Shown piece by piece: positions 13,623-27,482 of a stretch of DNA of 64,000 nucleotides. Location: assembly GCA_964234715.1 (NCBI GenBank), contig OZ174284.1, one strand, 5' to 3'. Under the pieces are notes generated by a model. It ran no database searches. It was not told the origin of the DNA and worked only from the letters and a program-made list of their open reading frames with translations. The position numbers and the translations under genes were made by a program. How positions within the stretch are numbered: the stretch's first letter is position 1; every line of letters begins with the position of its first letter. This DNA is from Podarcis melisellensis. Its lineage: Eukaryota.

Positions 13623-16600
13623 GTGACTAAAAAGAGTCAAAAATGTTTGCTGAAATATATTGATTTTGATGTTTGAGATGTGTCCATACATACTCAGGCT
13701 TTTTGCTGAAGTTATGTGAGACCTACATATATATTATTCAGCTTTTTAGTATGTGGTGTGTGTGTGTACACACAAACACCAGTGTTTATGAAAGAAATGC
13801 AGTTAACTCAGTATGGAATAGGTCGGACCTTCCAAGAACTTAACTGTGGTATTCATTACAACCACTTGTGATAGGTTAAATAAATTAAATTATGAATAAC
13901 TGATAACACAGATTTTATCTTGAGCCCAGTTCAGATGATTGAATTGGCATGATGGGCTTGCTGACCAAATGGATCCAGCTCAGTCTGACATGTGGTCAAA
14001 TCATTGCATACCCCACAGCTTCGCAGATGGCATGCCATGTGAGCTGGGTATGGTATTAAGCTTTACCACGGGCAGACCTGAACCTGGATCCACTCACTCC
14101 ACCAACTCATCATGGAGGAGGGCGATTTAATTTGAAGCTTATGGGGGTGCCCTTTGTCTATGCCCCTCCTTGGCTCACTGGTCTATCACCAAGCTGGTCT
14201 GGTTGTGTGAAGTGATCTTCAATTTTCATAGCACTGCTTTGTTGTTTTTAACTGGACTTTACTAATAGAGAATATTCTAATTTTGTCAAGATGTACTCTA
14301 CACTAATTCACATTATTGTCAACAATAAAGGGAATTTGGTAACATTCAGAGGCTGGAAAGGGCGGGCCTTCAAAGTATTTAAAATAAAAGTTTTTAAAAT
14401 GTGGTGGTTTAGTTTGAAGTTTGTCTGGATGGGTGCCAGAAATGGAAACCCATCCATAATGAAAATGATGCTATATGTCTGGATCTATAACTGGCGGTTA
14501 TAACCCTAACCAACTTTTCCAGTGGTGAGGGTGTAGGGAATATTAAGAACAGAATTATGGCTTGGAAGCCTATTTGGCTACAAACTGGAAATAAGCCCTT
14601 GGGGGACAAAGCTAGTGTCCCACTAATTACTTTCTTCATATTCGAGCAGCGTCCAGAAGTAGAGTGGACGTTTTCCACTTGGACAGACCTGGTATGTTCA
14701 ATATGTAATTGTAGGGAAGCACTTATGGGAGAGGATGCAAAATGCAAGCTTGAGGGGTTGAGGTCCTCTTCTATTGTTGCCAGGAACTTCAGGGCCCGAT
14801 CTTTCAGGTAGCTTCATGCGCATATATCTGATGGATGTGATGGAATGAAACCAACACAAGCCCCATTTGGGAGCAGGTGGGCAATATGGAGTACAATCAT
14901 GAATATAGGCTGCCAGCTCTTTTGGACAAGAAGGGATACGGCCATGCTTGATCTAAGCAAACTCATGAGGCATACATGTTTGTTTTGACAACATCCTGGA
15001 ACAAAATAGTTCCTCTGTGCAACTAGCCTCTGATTATCCTAACGATGACTGTATTTAGGAATGATGTAGATTTTTATTAAAGGAATTTGAAGAAGAATTC
15101 CCAGTGGCAGGAAGTAGGTTGTAAGAAACTGCCGGAATACCTGTGCCCAAATTGGGATTGTGTTGGATTTTGGCAAGTATGAGAGATACTAGTTGATTTA
15201 CATGTGCAAGGGAGTATGGGGTGGGGATGGAGAGGGGCAGTATACCTTTAAAAACCTGTAGATTAGTGCTGATGCAGGGACAACCCATTTTCTTTGATAT
15301 GTTTGTGTCATGCATAGTACCCCACTCACCAAATTAATGGAGCACCACACATTATGGCAGGATATAACATAACATAACATGGTGTATTGCTACATTGGCA
15401 GACATACCACCTCCATTAAAGAATGCCAGAATAAGTGGTCCGGCAGCATGCCATACTAATGTCTAACAGCATGGGAAGTCTGCCATTCCCCCACCCCACC
15501 CCATCTTTTCCTCCTTTATACCATAACATTTATTACATACATATTGCCATGGCTCCAGAAGTATGAGCATTTAGAAAGTATTTCAATATATCCTCCCAAA
15601 AGACATTAATGGCAAGATATGCCAGACTGGAAAAAACACCATACCAGTTACATTATGTATGTTCAGGTACAGAACCACTCACCCATGCAAAACAAACACC
15701 CTTAGTTCATGGTAGGGGGGATCAATGTTATGAAATGACAGAAATATTAGGAACACACCTCATTTTTCTAAGAGGAAGAAGAAACTGGGTTTCTGAGCTG
15801 ATAAACATTCACTTTTGTTGGCCTCTCGTACAAAGTCTCATGTATTTTTTTGGCAAGTTAAGTAACCAACATCACAGCCTCCATTCTAGCATAAACAGCA
15901 CCTGCTGCTAAAATTTCCTGTTATGTTCACTCGATTATTTTTAGTGAAATAACACTCGGAATTTTAAATTATAAAATTGTAATCAGTGTTCCAAGAAGTA
16001 AGTGTGTGTGTGTGTGTGTGTGATATCCAACCAACCCTTTCCCTCTTGGTCAAATTTCAAGAGAAAGAAAAATGTATGTTTCAAATGAAAGAGAAGGGGA
16101 AAGAAAGCCAGAGGCTCATTTCATGTGTCAAGGCAATACACAAGACACCTGCAAATGGATTGTTGTTGAAAGTCCTCCAACATTTCCTGTTATCCTTAAG
16201 CAGACAATTTTCACACTCTGTGCACACAAATTAAAATTTGTAAAGCACTTTAATATTATCAAACCTAAACACTATAAATGTAAACATGTCATTCAACGTT
16301 TAAATTGAGCTAGGGTCAGAGAAAAAGGTTATAAGAAAATGTGAACCATAGTGAACCGTCATCCAAAACAAAGATCTGGAATCATTCTGAGAGTTCAGTT
16401 AGCATCTTTTTGGTTTGTTTTTCAGTTTAATTTTCTCCGAAGTAGCATTCTCAACTGTATTTGGTTTCAGCTGAGGGATGGGAATACTGACATAGCTGCC
16501 AAAGGCAAGCTTAATCAGTAGGATCAAACCCAGCTGCTTAATAAACCTTAAGAAGTACTAGTAAACTGATTTCCCAGTCCCAAGGTTTCCAAGCCAACAT

Positions 16601-19231
16601 TAACTTTGGAGAAGTCCCTGTAGTGTTGGGTGATGATCTAAACTGAACATTCAAAATGATGGTTTGCTTCATCACCAAGGGAAAACAGCACAATGCCCAG
16701 GACCCAGATTCCAGAGAAGGGTTATGGTATGGAGTTTAGAATCAAGCAAGGGAGATATAGTGTGCTTCCATTAGAACATGAAAGCCCTGCTAGCAAGGCT
16801 AGAGGTGATCTAATATATTTTCGAACCATGAAGAAAAAAGGTGGCAGGTGTGTAGATAGAGGTATTCAATGCATGCAGTTTTCTCTCCTTCTCCCCCATT
16901 TTTAACAGCCTGGGCCCACATCAAACAACTTCCAGACACATCGCCTGAAAGTTGCAGGGGTGGGAGGACAACCTAAAATCCCTCTTCTCTCCAAACCTGA
17001 ATATTCACAAGAAGAGAAGCACTAGTTTGTACAAAATGTAATAGAAAAGAAAACCATATTTACAAATGAAATGAATGCCTTCTCAACTGCTCTTGTCAGA
17101 GGGTTCACTCCATGTTCTGCAGACTGCTAAGCAAGCATTATTTTCTTTACAGGAGAAAGAAGAGAGGAACCAAAAGGCGTTCTACTCCTTCAACCATAGA
17201 GAGGGCGTCCCTCCTTCCATAACTTGCTTAGTAAATCCAGAGGAGGTGGGGGAATCCGATTTCACAAAATGTTCAGGCCCTTCCTCCTGGCCTCTGCCTA
17301 CCAAAAAAACAAGGCCTTCAGTTGGCTTAAATGCAAGAAAGGTATTAAGATAAAGCCAAGTAGGGTATGGTTGGAAAGATACACGAGAAGAGAATCAGCT
17401 GCAGGAAATGTGGCTCGAAAAGAATGGCTGCTTCCAAAGCTCAGGGCCTGTGCCTGTCCATGCATTCAGTTCTACTGCAATGTGCCCAAGATAGCCGAAG
17501 AGCACTTTTCACAGTCCTTTCCAGTTAGGAAAGCAGAACAACAGACCCATGAAAAAGTGAGGTGCTTTGCCACATTTTTGGGAAGCAACAATGGACCTGT
17601 TGCCCTTACCTGAGGGTTCCTGCTGTAAACGAAACAATATCGCTTCTAACAAGTGTCTCATTTTAACTTGCATTTACAGTTATTCCTCCTTGGTAGCCAA
17701 ACTGCTGTTATCAGTACCATATGCACTGGGGACAGGGCCAGAACAACTCTCAAGATGCTAAGTGATACCGCTTTTGCACTTTTGAACCTGCCGGTCCCCT
17801 TCACAACAATATTCCCCACATCTTTCCAACTCTGCTCTCCAGTCGTCACCATAGCATCTGTAGGATCTGATGATTCATCTCCTCATGCCCTGTGGAAGAC
17901 AAGCCGTGTATTTCCACAACACTATAATTATCAAATATAAGAATATATTCAATAAATACACATATACATATGTCTGCGTTGTGCTGGCCCTATTCCCACC
18001 ACCACCACCGCCGCCTTCTTCCACTTTCTACTCAGAGGAAATACACCATCAGCAGAGAAAGCCTTTCCATTATTCATCTTGCTCGTGTTGCATGATATGC
18101 TAGAGGGGGAGCAATGGCTGAGCCTTCTCCCTGCCAGATTAAATTCATCAGAACAACAGTGAAGCTTGAGTTGCCAACCCTGCTCTTCTTTTCATTCACT
18201 GCCCTTTATGTTCCCTTGCATTGGAAAGGTTTGCTCTGCTGGGTTCGTCTACTAAATCTCATAGCGATAAAAAACTCATGTTGTTATGATGGTTCGTGTC
18301 AATTAATTTTCACATTTAAGCTTGTGCATAAACCAACCCATATTTGATATTTCACCATTTCAAAATTAACAAGTTGTTCATGAGTAGCACAAAACCTGCA
18401 ACAAAACCTCCCCTGGGACCCCAACATTTGAATTTTCCCAAGACTTTTGCTGAAAGTTTCACTGGCATTCGCTTTTATCATTCCAATTCATCTCTCAGAA
18501 GTGACCTCACTGGGTTACTGTTGACTGGACCACTGGCTAGATCTGCATACATATCAAACCTCCCCTCCCCCTGGTAAATATACCAAGATTTCAATACATT
18601 TTTATCTTCAGTATATATATATATGTATATGTATATATGCAACTCCATATTTCAGCCTTTAACCCACAGAGTCTTCACAAAAGAACTGAATGATTTTTTG
18701 CATGTAATCAACATAAAATGCATTAAGTTGATCCCACACTATTCACGTCCCATCAATTTTGCTTAAAAGTACATATGTAAGAAGACCTGTATCTTCTTCA
18801 TGCCCATTCTATCTCTTCCATTCTCCGCCTCAGGCCACCTTCTCGTATCTGTACTAACCATCACAGTTTGGTGCCGAGAAAACCCCAAACTCTGTGGCTA
18901 TTGCTCCCACTCGTATGCTGGCCTCTCCTCAACCATGCCTTTGCCTTTCCCAACTGTGAAAACACAAGCTAAGCTACTAAGCTCTGACATGTGATGGCCA
19001 GGAATGGAACTGTGAGTGGAGAAATGAAAAGAGATCATCGGGGATGGGGGATCTGGGGAAAGAAAGAGGTGGCACTTCGCACCAGCGCTGCCTAAGCAGA
19101 ACTCCAATACTCCACAAAGAAAAAAAGAGTAGCAGAAGAGTAGCAAATGGGAACTAGGTCTGAACCCACCACCTGCCCCTCCCACATGTTGCATTTCCAG
19201 CACCATCCCCTCCCATGCTTTTCCCCATCAC

Positions 19232-21130
19232 TCAGACATCAGACTCAATACTGGAAAGTTTCTCATAAACNNNNNNNNNNNNNNNNNNNNNNNNNNNNNN
19301 NNNNNNNNNNNNNNNNNNNNNNNNNNNNNNNNNNNNNNNNNNNNNNNNNNNNNNNNNNNNNNNNNNNNNNNNNNNNNNNNNNNNNNNNNNNNNNNNNNNN
19401 NNNNNNNNNNNNNNNNNNNNNNNNNNGAAGTCTGGCCTGGCCTTGGGCCCTCCTGCCACCACAGGCTGCCTGAAGAAATAGGATTTGCTGCCGTGGAGCA
19501 AGCACTGGTCATCCCCAAAAGTGGGGATGAAAGGGTTTTGAGTGACCCGGTCGGGGTAGAGCGACTTGCTGAGCATATAACCACCACTAATGCCAGGATT
19601 GTTGTGGTGGTGGTGGCTGGTGGCGGGCACTGAGGACTTGTTGTTGGCAAAAGTGGACTCGCTGGCTGGCATCTCAAACATGTGGGCATAGGGGCTTCCC
19701 TCCAAAAAGCGGCCCTTGTCCTTCAGGCTGACGCTGCGGGGGGCCAGGGCGGCGTCTTCCTTCTGCAGATCCACAAAGGTGTCGTAGGAGTGCTGCCGGC
19801 GTAGCTTGTTGCGATTCTTCTTCTGCACCTTGGAGGCAGAGTTGGAAGGGCTCTGAGGATACTTGGTAGTGGAGGTGCTGGTTGCCACGGGCACAGGAGC
19901 AGATGGCTGATCCAGCTCTTGGAGGGAGTTGTCCTCACTGATGTCGTAGAGGTTTCCGGCCTTCTTGCAGGCTTCACACCGGATGCATGGCTGGCGGGTG
20001 GAATTCTGACCCACCACGGTCGGAGTGTAGTTATGCAGCTTTGATGGGCAACTGCGGCAATAGTTAGCGCCAGGGCGTTCCTCCCAATCGAGATTGGTGA
20101 GGTTTTTCTCCCATGGCGCTGGTACCCCACTCACAACACTGTGCTTGTGCTCATTGTTTGCTCCAAACTCCCCCGACCCGTGTTTGTGGTGGGTCCTGTT
20201 AGTACATGTCCCTGCTCCCCCTATAGTGTCACGCTTGAAGTCATCTCCCCGCTCTTTATAAATATCCGTCAGATCCACATGTTCCCAGTGCGGTGAGTTC
20301 TCCTTAGCCCGGAACTGGTCCAAATAGAAATCCCGTAGCCCTTCCTTGTCCCTAAAGTAGCGCTTGTGGTCAGGGGAACGGGGACGCCGGCGATAGGCCA
20401 GTTCAATCTCATCAAACTCTCTCCGTGACTTGGCCGAGGCTGGCCGCTTCTTTAGACTATCTTTATACTGCTGTTTTCGCCGCTTTGCAGCGTTGCCCTC
20501 AATGTTGCCATAAGTCACGGTATGAGTCGATATGTCCGAGACATCTGAACGAATCAAATCGTCGTGTGCCCCTCCACCGCTGTATCGGTCACTCTTGAAA
20601 GACAACTTGCCATAAAGGTCACCTAACTGGCCATGTTTGGCCGGCGGCAAACCGATATCTAATGGCTTCTTACTGAGAGATCGAGGCTGTGCGGAGAAGG
20701 GTGGATTATCACAGTCATACAGTCCATCGATGGAGCTGGCGCTCCCTATGCTATGGGGGCGATGGTGATGATGATAATGGTCTTGGTAAACATTGCTTTC
20801 TTTCAGCTGCAGATTACCAAAGGTCCTTTCCACCTCACTAATATAATCACTGAAGAGGTTTTCCTCGCAGGGGGGGTTGTTATAAGACTTGCAGTCGGAA
20901 TGAGTGAAGCTACGGCGGTGCTCAGAGATATCGTAGACAGAGGATTCGCGACGGATAAAATCCAGGGCACTTTGTGGTGAGCCATTGACACCTGAAAGGT
21001 TTGCCATGTTCTTTGCTGTTCGGAGCAGGCGCAAAATGTTGGAATGGGTATTGTTCATGGTGGCAGTGGGGGAGTTCATGGAAGAATGGCGGTCCTCGAT
21101 AGCCACTCCGTGGATGCAGCTGTAAATACC
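19232..21130 (-). CDS. GRIN2B: GRIN2B last coding exon (cytoplasmic C-terminal domain) through the TGA stop
   Basis: [12 protein letters not shown]...[11 protein letters not shown] (CaMKII site)...[12 protein letters not shown], with the AP-2 YEKL motif and PDZ ligand typical of GluN2B. Acceptor ttgcag|GGT. Contains an in-frame 156-nt N run. Confidence 0.98.
   Translation of the reverse strand, partial: GIYSCIHGVAIEDRHSSMNSPTATMNNTHSNILRLLRTAKNMANLSGVNGSPQSALDFIRRESSVYDISEHRRSFTHSDCKSYNNPPCEENLFSDYISEVERTFGNLQLKESNVYQDHYHHHHRPHSIGSASSIDGLYDCDNPPFSAQPRSLSKKPLDIGLPPAKHGQLGDLYGKLSFKSDRYSGGGAHDDLIRSDVSDISTHTVTYGNIEGNAAKRRKQQYKDSLKKRPASAKSRREFDEIELAYRRRPRSPDHKRYFRDKEGLRDFYLDQFRAKENSPHWEHVDLTDIYKERGDDFKRDTIGGAGTCTNRTHHKHGSGEFGANNEHKHSVVSGVPAPWEKNLTNLDWEERPGANYCRSCPSKLHNYTPTVVGQNSTRQPCIRCEACKKAGNLYDISEDNSLQELDQPSAPVPVATSTSTTKYPQSPSNSASKVQKKNRNKLRRQHSYDTFVDLQKEDAALAPRSVSLKDKGRFLEGSPYAHMFEMPASESTFANNKSSVPATSHHHHNNPGISGGYMLSKSLYPDRVTQNPFIPTFGDDQCLLHGSKSYFFRQPVVAGGPKARPDFXXXXXXXXXXXXXXXXXXXXXXXXXXXXXXXXXXXXXXXXXXXXXXXXXXXXVYEKLSSIESDV
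19271..19426. other. N run, 156 nt, inside the last GRIN2B coding exon
   Basis: Seen directly. Exactly 52 codons, frame preserved. Confidence 0.99.
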
Positions 21131-22568
21131 CTGCAATGGGGGAAAGCAAAGGGAGGTTAGCAGAGGAGCATTCCAGCAGGGGAGATACAGAGCTTGGAGG
21201 ACTGAGACAAAGAACCTTGTCCTTTGCTAAATAGGATCCTCAGTGGGATATCATTGGGAGATGAGACAATCTAGACACTATCATAATGGTTCCACTTTTA
21301 ATCTTCCTCCACCTTTGCCCCTCTATCCCTTGCCCTTTCGTTATTAAATTGAAATAAATCTAGAAATTTATTCAGACCTTTATTGAAGTGGTTTGGTTTT
21401 TTTAGACATGGTTGCAGATGTTTCTTACAGATCAGATGCTCAGAGTGCTGTGGTCAGGAGTACTGTTTAAGGGTTACACCTTAAGCACTAGCTGCAGGAT
21501 TGGATCACAGTTTTCCAATGCCCTGGTAAGCACTTCAGACAGTTTGTAATCATGCACATGAGATTATTCTGAATCTCCAACTACTGCAGATAGGCCATTA
21601 GACAAGCCTTTGATCCACAGCACTTGTTTACATTTAGTTTCTAGGCATGATTCAAGGAGGTACTTCGTACTTAGAATACCTAAAAGAGTCCAACTCCTTC
21701 CTTTGCAAATATTCTTTAGCTTACAGATTTTGGAAACGGGTCTGAGGAAACATATAACCAGTCAGAAATTTGAGGCTGTCAGGACATGACTTTTAGAGGT
21801 ACAACATATTGGTTCACTTGGCACAGTTTCCTGACCCTCTGCATAGCCTCTAGTCATTGTTATTCATCTTGATTACAGACTCTGACCCACAATTGCTGTA
21901 TGAGTTCCAACTCTTTCTCCCTAGTCCTGATAAAGAATTGTATAAATTAGGAAGTTGTACAAAATAGATTTTCCCAACCAGAATTATGCTGTCTTAATAC
22001 TTTGTCTGAGATTGACTCTTTTGGTCAAAGAATTCCGCATTTTAAAAGCATCCTAAAAATGGATCAGAGTTTTACAATTAAGAGCCTAGTCTGTTAAGCA
22101 AAGAAAGTAATGATGAAAAAATCCACATTTTAACAATGAACATTTACACTGTCAACTCCAAATCATCTTTAATCCTAGGAACTCAAACTGATTAGTTTAT
22201 TAAGTAAAAGGCAGCTTATGCAGGAGCATCTGATTCCTTAGTGCAGCATCACACAATGTAATAATATTAGCTGGGATCTGTCAATGCAGCCTTGTGCAGT
22301 TCATAATCTCTAACTGGACAGAGAAATGAACTTGTATATTTTTCACAGCTCACGAATTGGAGTGATAAGCAGGGCCTTCTTACTGGTGGTGCCCTGGCTA
22401 TGGAATGCCACCCCTCAGGAAGTTCTGCTTGTGCTTTAATTGTTTAGTTTTTGCTACTTTGAAAACTCATCTCTTTCTGCAAGCATTTGGAAATAATTGG
22501 ATTTTTCAGGCTCTGATCTAATGATAGCTGCTGTTTTAATGTTTTTAATGTAGTAATATAATTGTGTG

Positions 22569-22571
<3 letters not shown>

Positions 22572-22624
<53 letters not shown>
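22572..22624. repeat. (GA)n microsatellite
   Basis: Seen directly. Confidence 0.98.
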
Positions 22625-22625
<1 letters not shown>

Positions 22626-23324
22626 CAGACAGACAATTTGTTGTGTAGCTATTGTATGCTGCCATGAGATTGTTACTGCTGAAGGGAGATTTTAAAAATC
22701 TACTAAATAAATGATAATATTTGAAATAATGAAAGGGAAAGAATTTTGGAATTCAAGGAAATTCATACAGAAATTATTTGCTAGAGAGAAAGTTTCTGAT
22801 CTAAGAGTCCTTTGTTTCTGTCAGTAAAATCTACTCAGAAACATGGGAGGGGGGAGTTACCTAAAAGTCAGAGTTCTACACAATGTTCTGCTCCAAAGAA
22901 ACCCCCCTTCTTGTTTTGAGTCTTTCATTATGCTTCTCCAAGACATTTACTCTGAAGCAAAGCTGAAATAGTGGCCACTCTCCAACCCCTGAACCAACAC
23001 TTGAGAAAGTATTGCTGTACCATTCAGAGACCAGGTCCTGCTTCATCCAAGGACCTCTTATAGTGCTGCTTGAAACAGGTGGCTTCCACCTGCTGCCTGG
23101 CAAGGATGCTCTTGTTCTTTCAGATAAATTACCAAGAATTACAGAAAACCTTTTCACACCTTGTTGAAGAAGTGGCTGAGGCCACTGTCCCAAGAATTTA
23201 GATTCTCCCAACCTTTCAAAGTTCCATTTTCTTTTCCTAGAGGCCAAATGCCTCTTACATAGAGGCCAGAAATGACAGCCATAGGCACAAGGGGAAGTAA
23301 TGAGAAAGGCTAGTTTGAGGTCTA

Positions 23325-23750
<426 letters not shown>

Positions 23751-24211
23751 CTATTTAGAAAGGAAAGATGCTCCCCAGGGCTTGTTTTTCAGCTGGAACT
23801 CGCTGGAGCTCAGTTCCAGCACCTCTCTGGTGGGCGCCATTGCCATTCTAAGAGAACAAGGGAGGCATTCATGGTGAGTTCCAGCACCTCTTTTTCTAGA
23901 AAAATAGTACTGATCCTCCCTAACCCTCCAGTCCTCGAATTTCATTTCCACTTATGTTGGATTTACCTAGCCGGAAAACTATACTGGGGCAGTGGGGTGG
24001 TGGGTCCACATATAAATTTATTTTTAATAAATAAATAATAGCTACAAAGTAGAATAGCCACAATACACCAGAAGTTCATAGTACGGGTGAGTAACAAAAA
24101 AATGATAGCATTGCTGCTGACTAGTTGTTCTTGTTGTCTTAGCATTAGTGGTAAGTAGGGGATAATAGCTTCACTCAATGGAGACGCACTCCTAGTTCCT
24201 CATCCAGATCA

Positions 24212-24460
<249 letters not shown>

Positions 24461-26581
24461 CTAAATCATGTGATGGTGAAGGAAGTTGAGAACTCCCATG
24501 TGACCTCAGGTAACCAAACACAGAGGAAGCCAGGCTGAACAATTGCTTGGGCACAATCAACATTGAGATGAAGGAAGGTTGTAGCATCACCACACAAATC
24601 TGCAGCATCTTCCAATGGATCTAAACAGACAGTATGGCCAATGGTCAGAGATGATGGGAGTCTAGCAACATTTGGAGGGCCACAATTTAGTTAACTTTGA
24701 TTTAAAGATGCCTATGCAGCCCATGTAAACCATTTCATTTATGACTGAACAACGCTTTCTTCTTCAGCTTGTGAATTCAGCAGCATTTCTACCGTAACTT
24801 TGTTGTGAATTAAGAAAGCAAAGCAGACCATTTCCCCAACCAAGCAGCTGGAAAAATAGCATTAACCAAAATGTAATTACTCAAATTAGCTTCAGCCAGG
24901 ACCCCTGCTTATGGGAAGAATCCCATAGGCATCTTTAAAGATGACAAGTGGTTAGAAGATCAAGTTATGTCTCCCTATGAGGGCAGTAACGTTAGCTTTA
25001 TGGTGTCCCACTAACCTCAAATGAAAGAAAGAAGAAAAAGAATTGGTGCCCAATTGGAAAAATAAATTACTAATCCCAGCAATAAGGGTGTGTTTGCACC
25101 AGCTACATTTTGAAGCATTCAAAGATAGAATTGCTGCCTTGTTCTGTTGCACCATGAAGCATTTCCTGTCTTCATTGCTCAAATATTTCCACATGGATTT
25201 ACATAATGTGTAGTTTGTCTTTATATGAGTAGAAAGGGTGGCATAGTGATATTCCCTTCCCCTCCCCCTCAAACAAGAAAAATAGACCCAAAGCTACCCT
25301 GTCTGGTCACCTGGAAATTATCCTTATTTGTTCCAGGTTATCAGGTGAGTAGCAGCCTAGCATGACAAATAAAAACTTTAATTTGCATTCTCCAGGGAAT
25401 AAACTGTGTATAAGCAGTCCTCCCTCCACCAGTAGAATAATCTGATTTCTGGGCAATGTAGAGGAGGAAGAGGAGAGATAGGAATTAATAACATCAAATG
25501 TAATGGAAAAATCATAGCTTGTCAGGTGGGTCAGAAGGTTTCTGGGACAGCAGCAGCTGCCCCCAAAAAGAAATGTGTTGAGAAATAACTTAAGTCACAT
25601 GGCAAGCCAGTTACATAGGTGCAGAAGTTGTATGGAGCCTTTGCAAAATGATTCAGTCATAGTTCCCTGGCACCCAAGAATTTAAAAGTTCTATTCAGGC
25701 AACCTGAATCATGCCTTGCAGCAAAGCATAAGTGGAGCCTTTACCCTCTCCCATTATAAAATGTGCACCGACTAGCTGTACCCTAGTATCCCCATCTGCA
25801 GGGAGGAAGCCTTTGAGGCCCAGCGTGACATGTGAAGGCCTCTTCCTTGCAGACATTTGTGCTTTATGTGCAGATGCCAAAGGCATAATGGAAATATATT
25901 CGTTGTATGCAAAAATGACAGCTACTGAACATAGAAGACCCCAAAGAGGTGCTGTGATTCTCCACAAATGGTTTTTACTCATAAAATTGCTATTCTGTCA
26001 CTGATGATCTAGACTCCTTCATAAAACACCTGTGTCATCAAGAGCAGGGTTAGTCAGTGTAGTCCTGCTCCCAGTTCATATGCGGATACAGAACACGAGC
26101 TGAATCAATGGAATAGGGCTACCTGTGAGTTTACACAAGTATAGTATGTGTGTGGAAAAGATGCAGCCCTCATATAAAAGTAGTTAGGATCCCCAACTTA
26201 CTAATATTTTTATATAGCAATTAACATTAGGGATTAAGATAATATCATAGTTATTTCAATAATAAAGAATTTTAGGTGATGTCTGGCCACAACTATTGCA
26301 TTGCAGCTTAAGGCAGTATTTCCACCAGCTAATCTGATTTTCAGAAAGTCTGCATTGATGCAAGAAGGGGAAGAATCATTGTTATATTACTTGCACATAT
26401 CTAACCAAAAAGAACAAAAAATAATACTAATTGATGAGATAAATTGTTCTTGACAACGTTGTGGTGCATGGATTATATGCAATGTTTTAGCAGTAGGAAT
26501 ATTAGGGAGAAGGTTCTTCAAAATCCCAAGAGAATTACACACACAGGTTTACATTAGCAACCTTAGAAAAGGCAATCTCAC

Positions 26582-26742
26582 CCTGTCTTTAATGAGGATA
26601 GCGCATCTCCCACCGATCTTTGGTTGAACTTCACCATGTAGGCGTGCATCAGTTCATAATTGTTGCGAATGTTCCTCTCTGTACTGCCATTAGGAACTGT
26701 CCCAAAGCGGAAAGGTGGTGAGAAAGCATTTGGGTTTTGGAA
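26582..26742 (-). CDS. GRIN2B: GRIN2B coding exon (start of S2), 161 nt; not in the ORF track
   Basis: Manual translation [54 protein letters not shown]. Acceptor ctccag|TTC, donor GG|gtgaga. Confidence 0.97.
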
Positions 26743-27334
26743 CTGGAGAAAAAGAGAGAAAGAAAAGCTCTCAAGTTGTTTTCTCAGTGGTTATTTGAGA
26801 AAGAACCAGATTTTCTGGGATATCAAGTTGGTAGTTATTTCAGAGCTTTAATGGCATGTTGGCAACCAGGCCACAGCATGCCATGCATAAGGACTGTAAT
26901 CCAAGAAAGCTATACATGTTCATGAAGGAGAGCCATGCACGATGCAGTAGCTTTATTTGATATTTTCACTGTAACACTTTCTACTGCCAAAGAGACAAGA
27001 GGCTGAATTAAAAAGTGGTACAGCGATTCCACTATCAAAACCAAAGCAGGGGAAACAGTGAAATCACCTGCTGCATTTGCAACCACATACAATGTATTTC
27101 AACTGTAATATTTGTTTTAAAGCTGACACAGAGCAAAATTTTTCCCTAAATAGAAAAATATTTTCTACTACACTGTTGAAATTATCTTCAAATGTGATTG
27201 CCAATCCTGAGATGGCAGACGGAATGACTAGCCATTTTAAAAAAATCTACACACAAAAGAACATTCTAACTTATAATAGTGGTATGCAGATGAAGAAATG
27301 CAGCTATGCAAGTATAAGTAGGCTTAGACATCCT

Positions 27335-27482
27335 GGATAGCTCAGTTGCTTAGAGAATATGATAATGCCAAGGTTGCAGGTTTGGTCCCCATATGGAACA
27401 GCTATATATTCCCGCATTGCCGAGAGTTGGACTGAAATAATCCTCAGGGTCCTTTCCAACTCCACAATTCTATGATTCTATG
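27335..27482 (+). mobile_element. SINE with tRNA-derived head and CR1-like tail
   Basis: A-box-like tagctcagttg, degenerate B box, 3' end ccaactccacaattctatgattctatg (CR1 ATTCTATG repeat). Confidence 0.75.

Larger units (their letters stand above)
1..19231 (-). other. GRIN2B: Candidate extended GRIN2B 3' UTR (up to ~19.2 kb), probably with alternative poly(A) sites
   Basis: Lies directly after the stop codon. No other gene recognisable, few transposons, minus-strand AATAAA, PRE and UGCAUG motifs. Mammalian Grin2b is known to have a very long brain 3' UTR. True extent cannot be proven from sequence. Confidence 0.55.

Noticed and set aside
19228-19689. 153-aa alternative-frame ORF; also 19723-20130 and 20753-21149
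   Set aside because: Shadow frames of the GC-rich GRIN2B last exon, partly extended through Ns; no recognisable protein.
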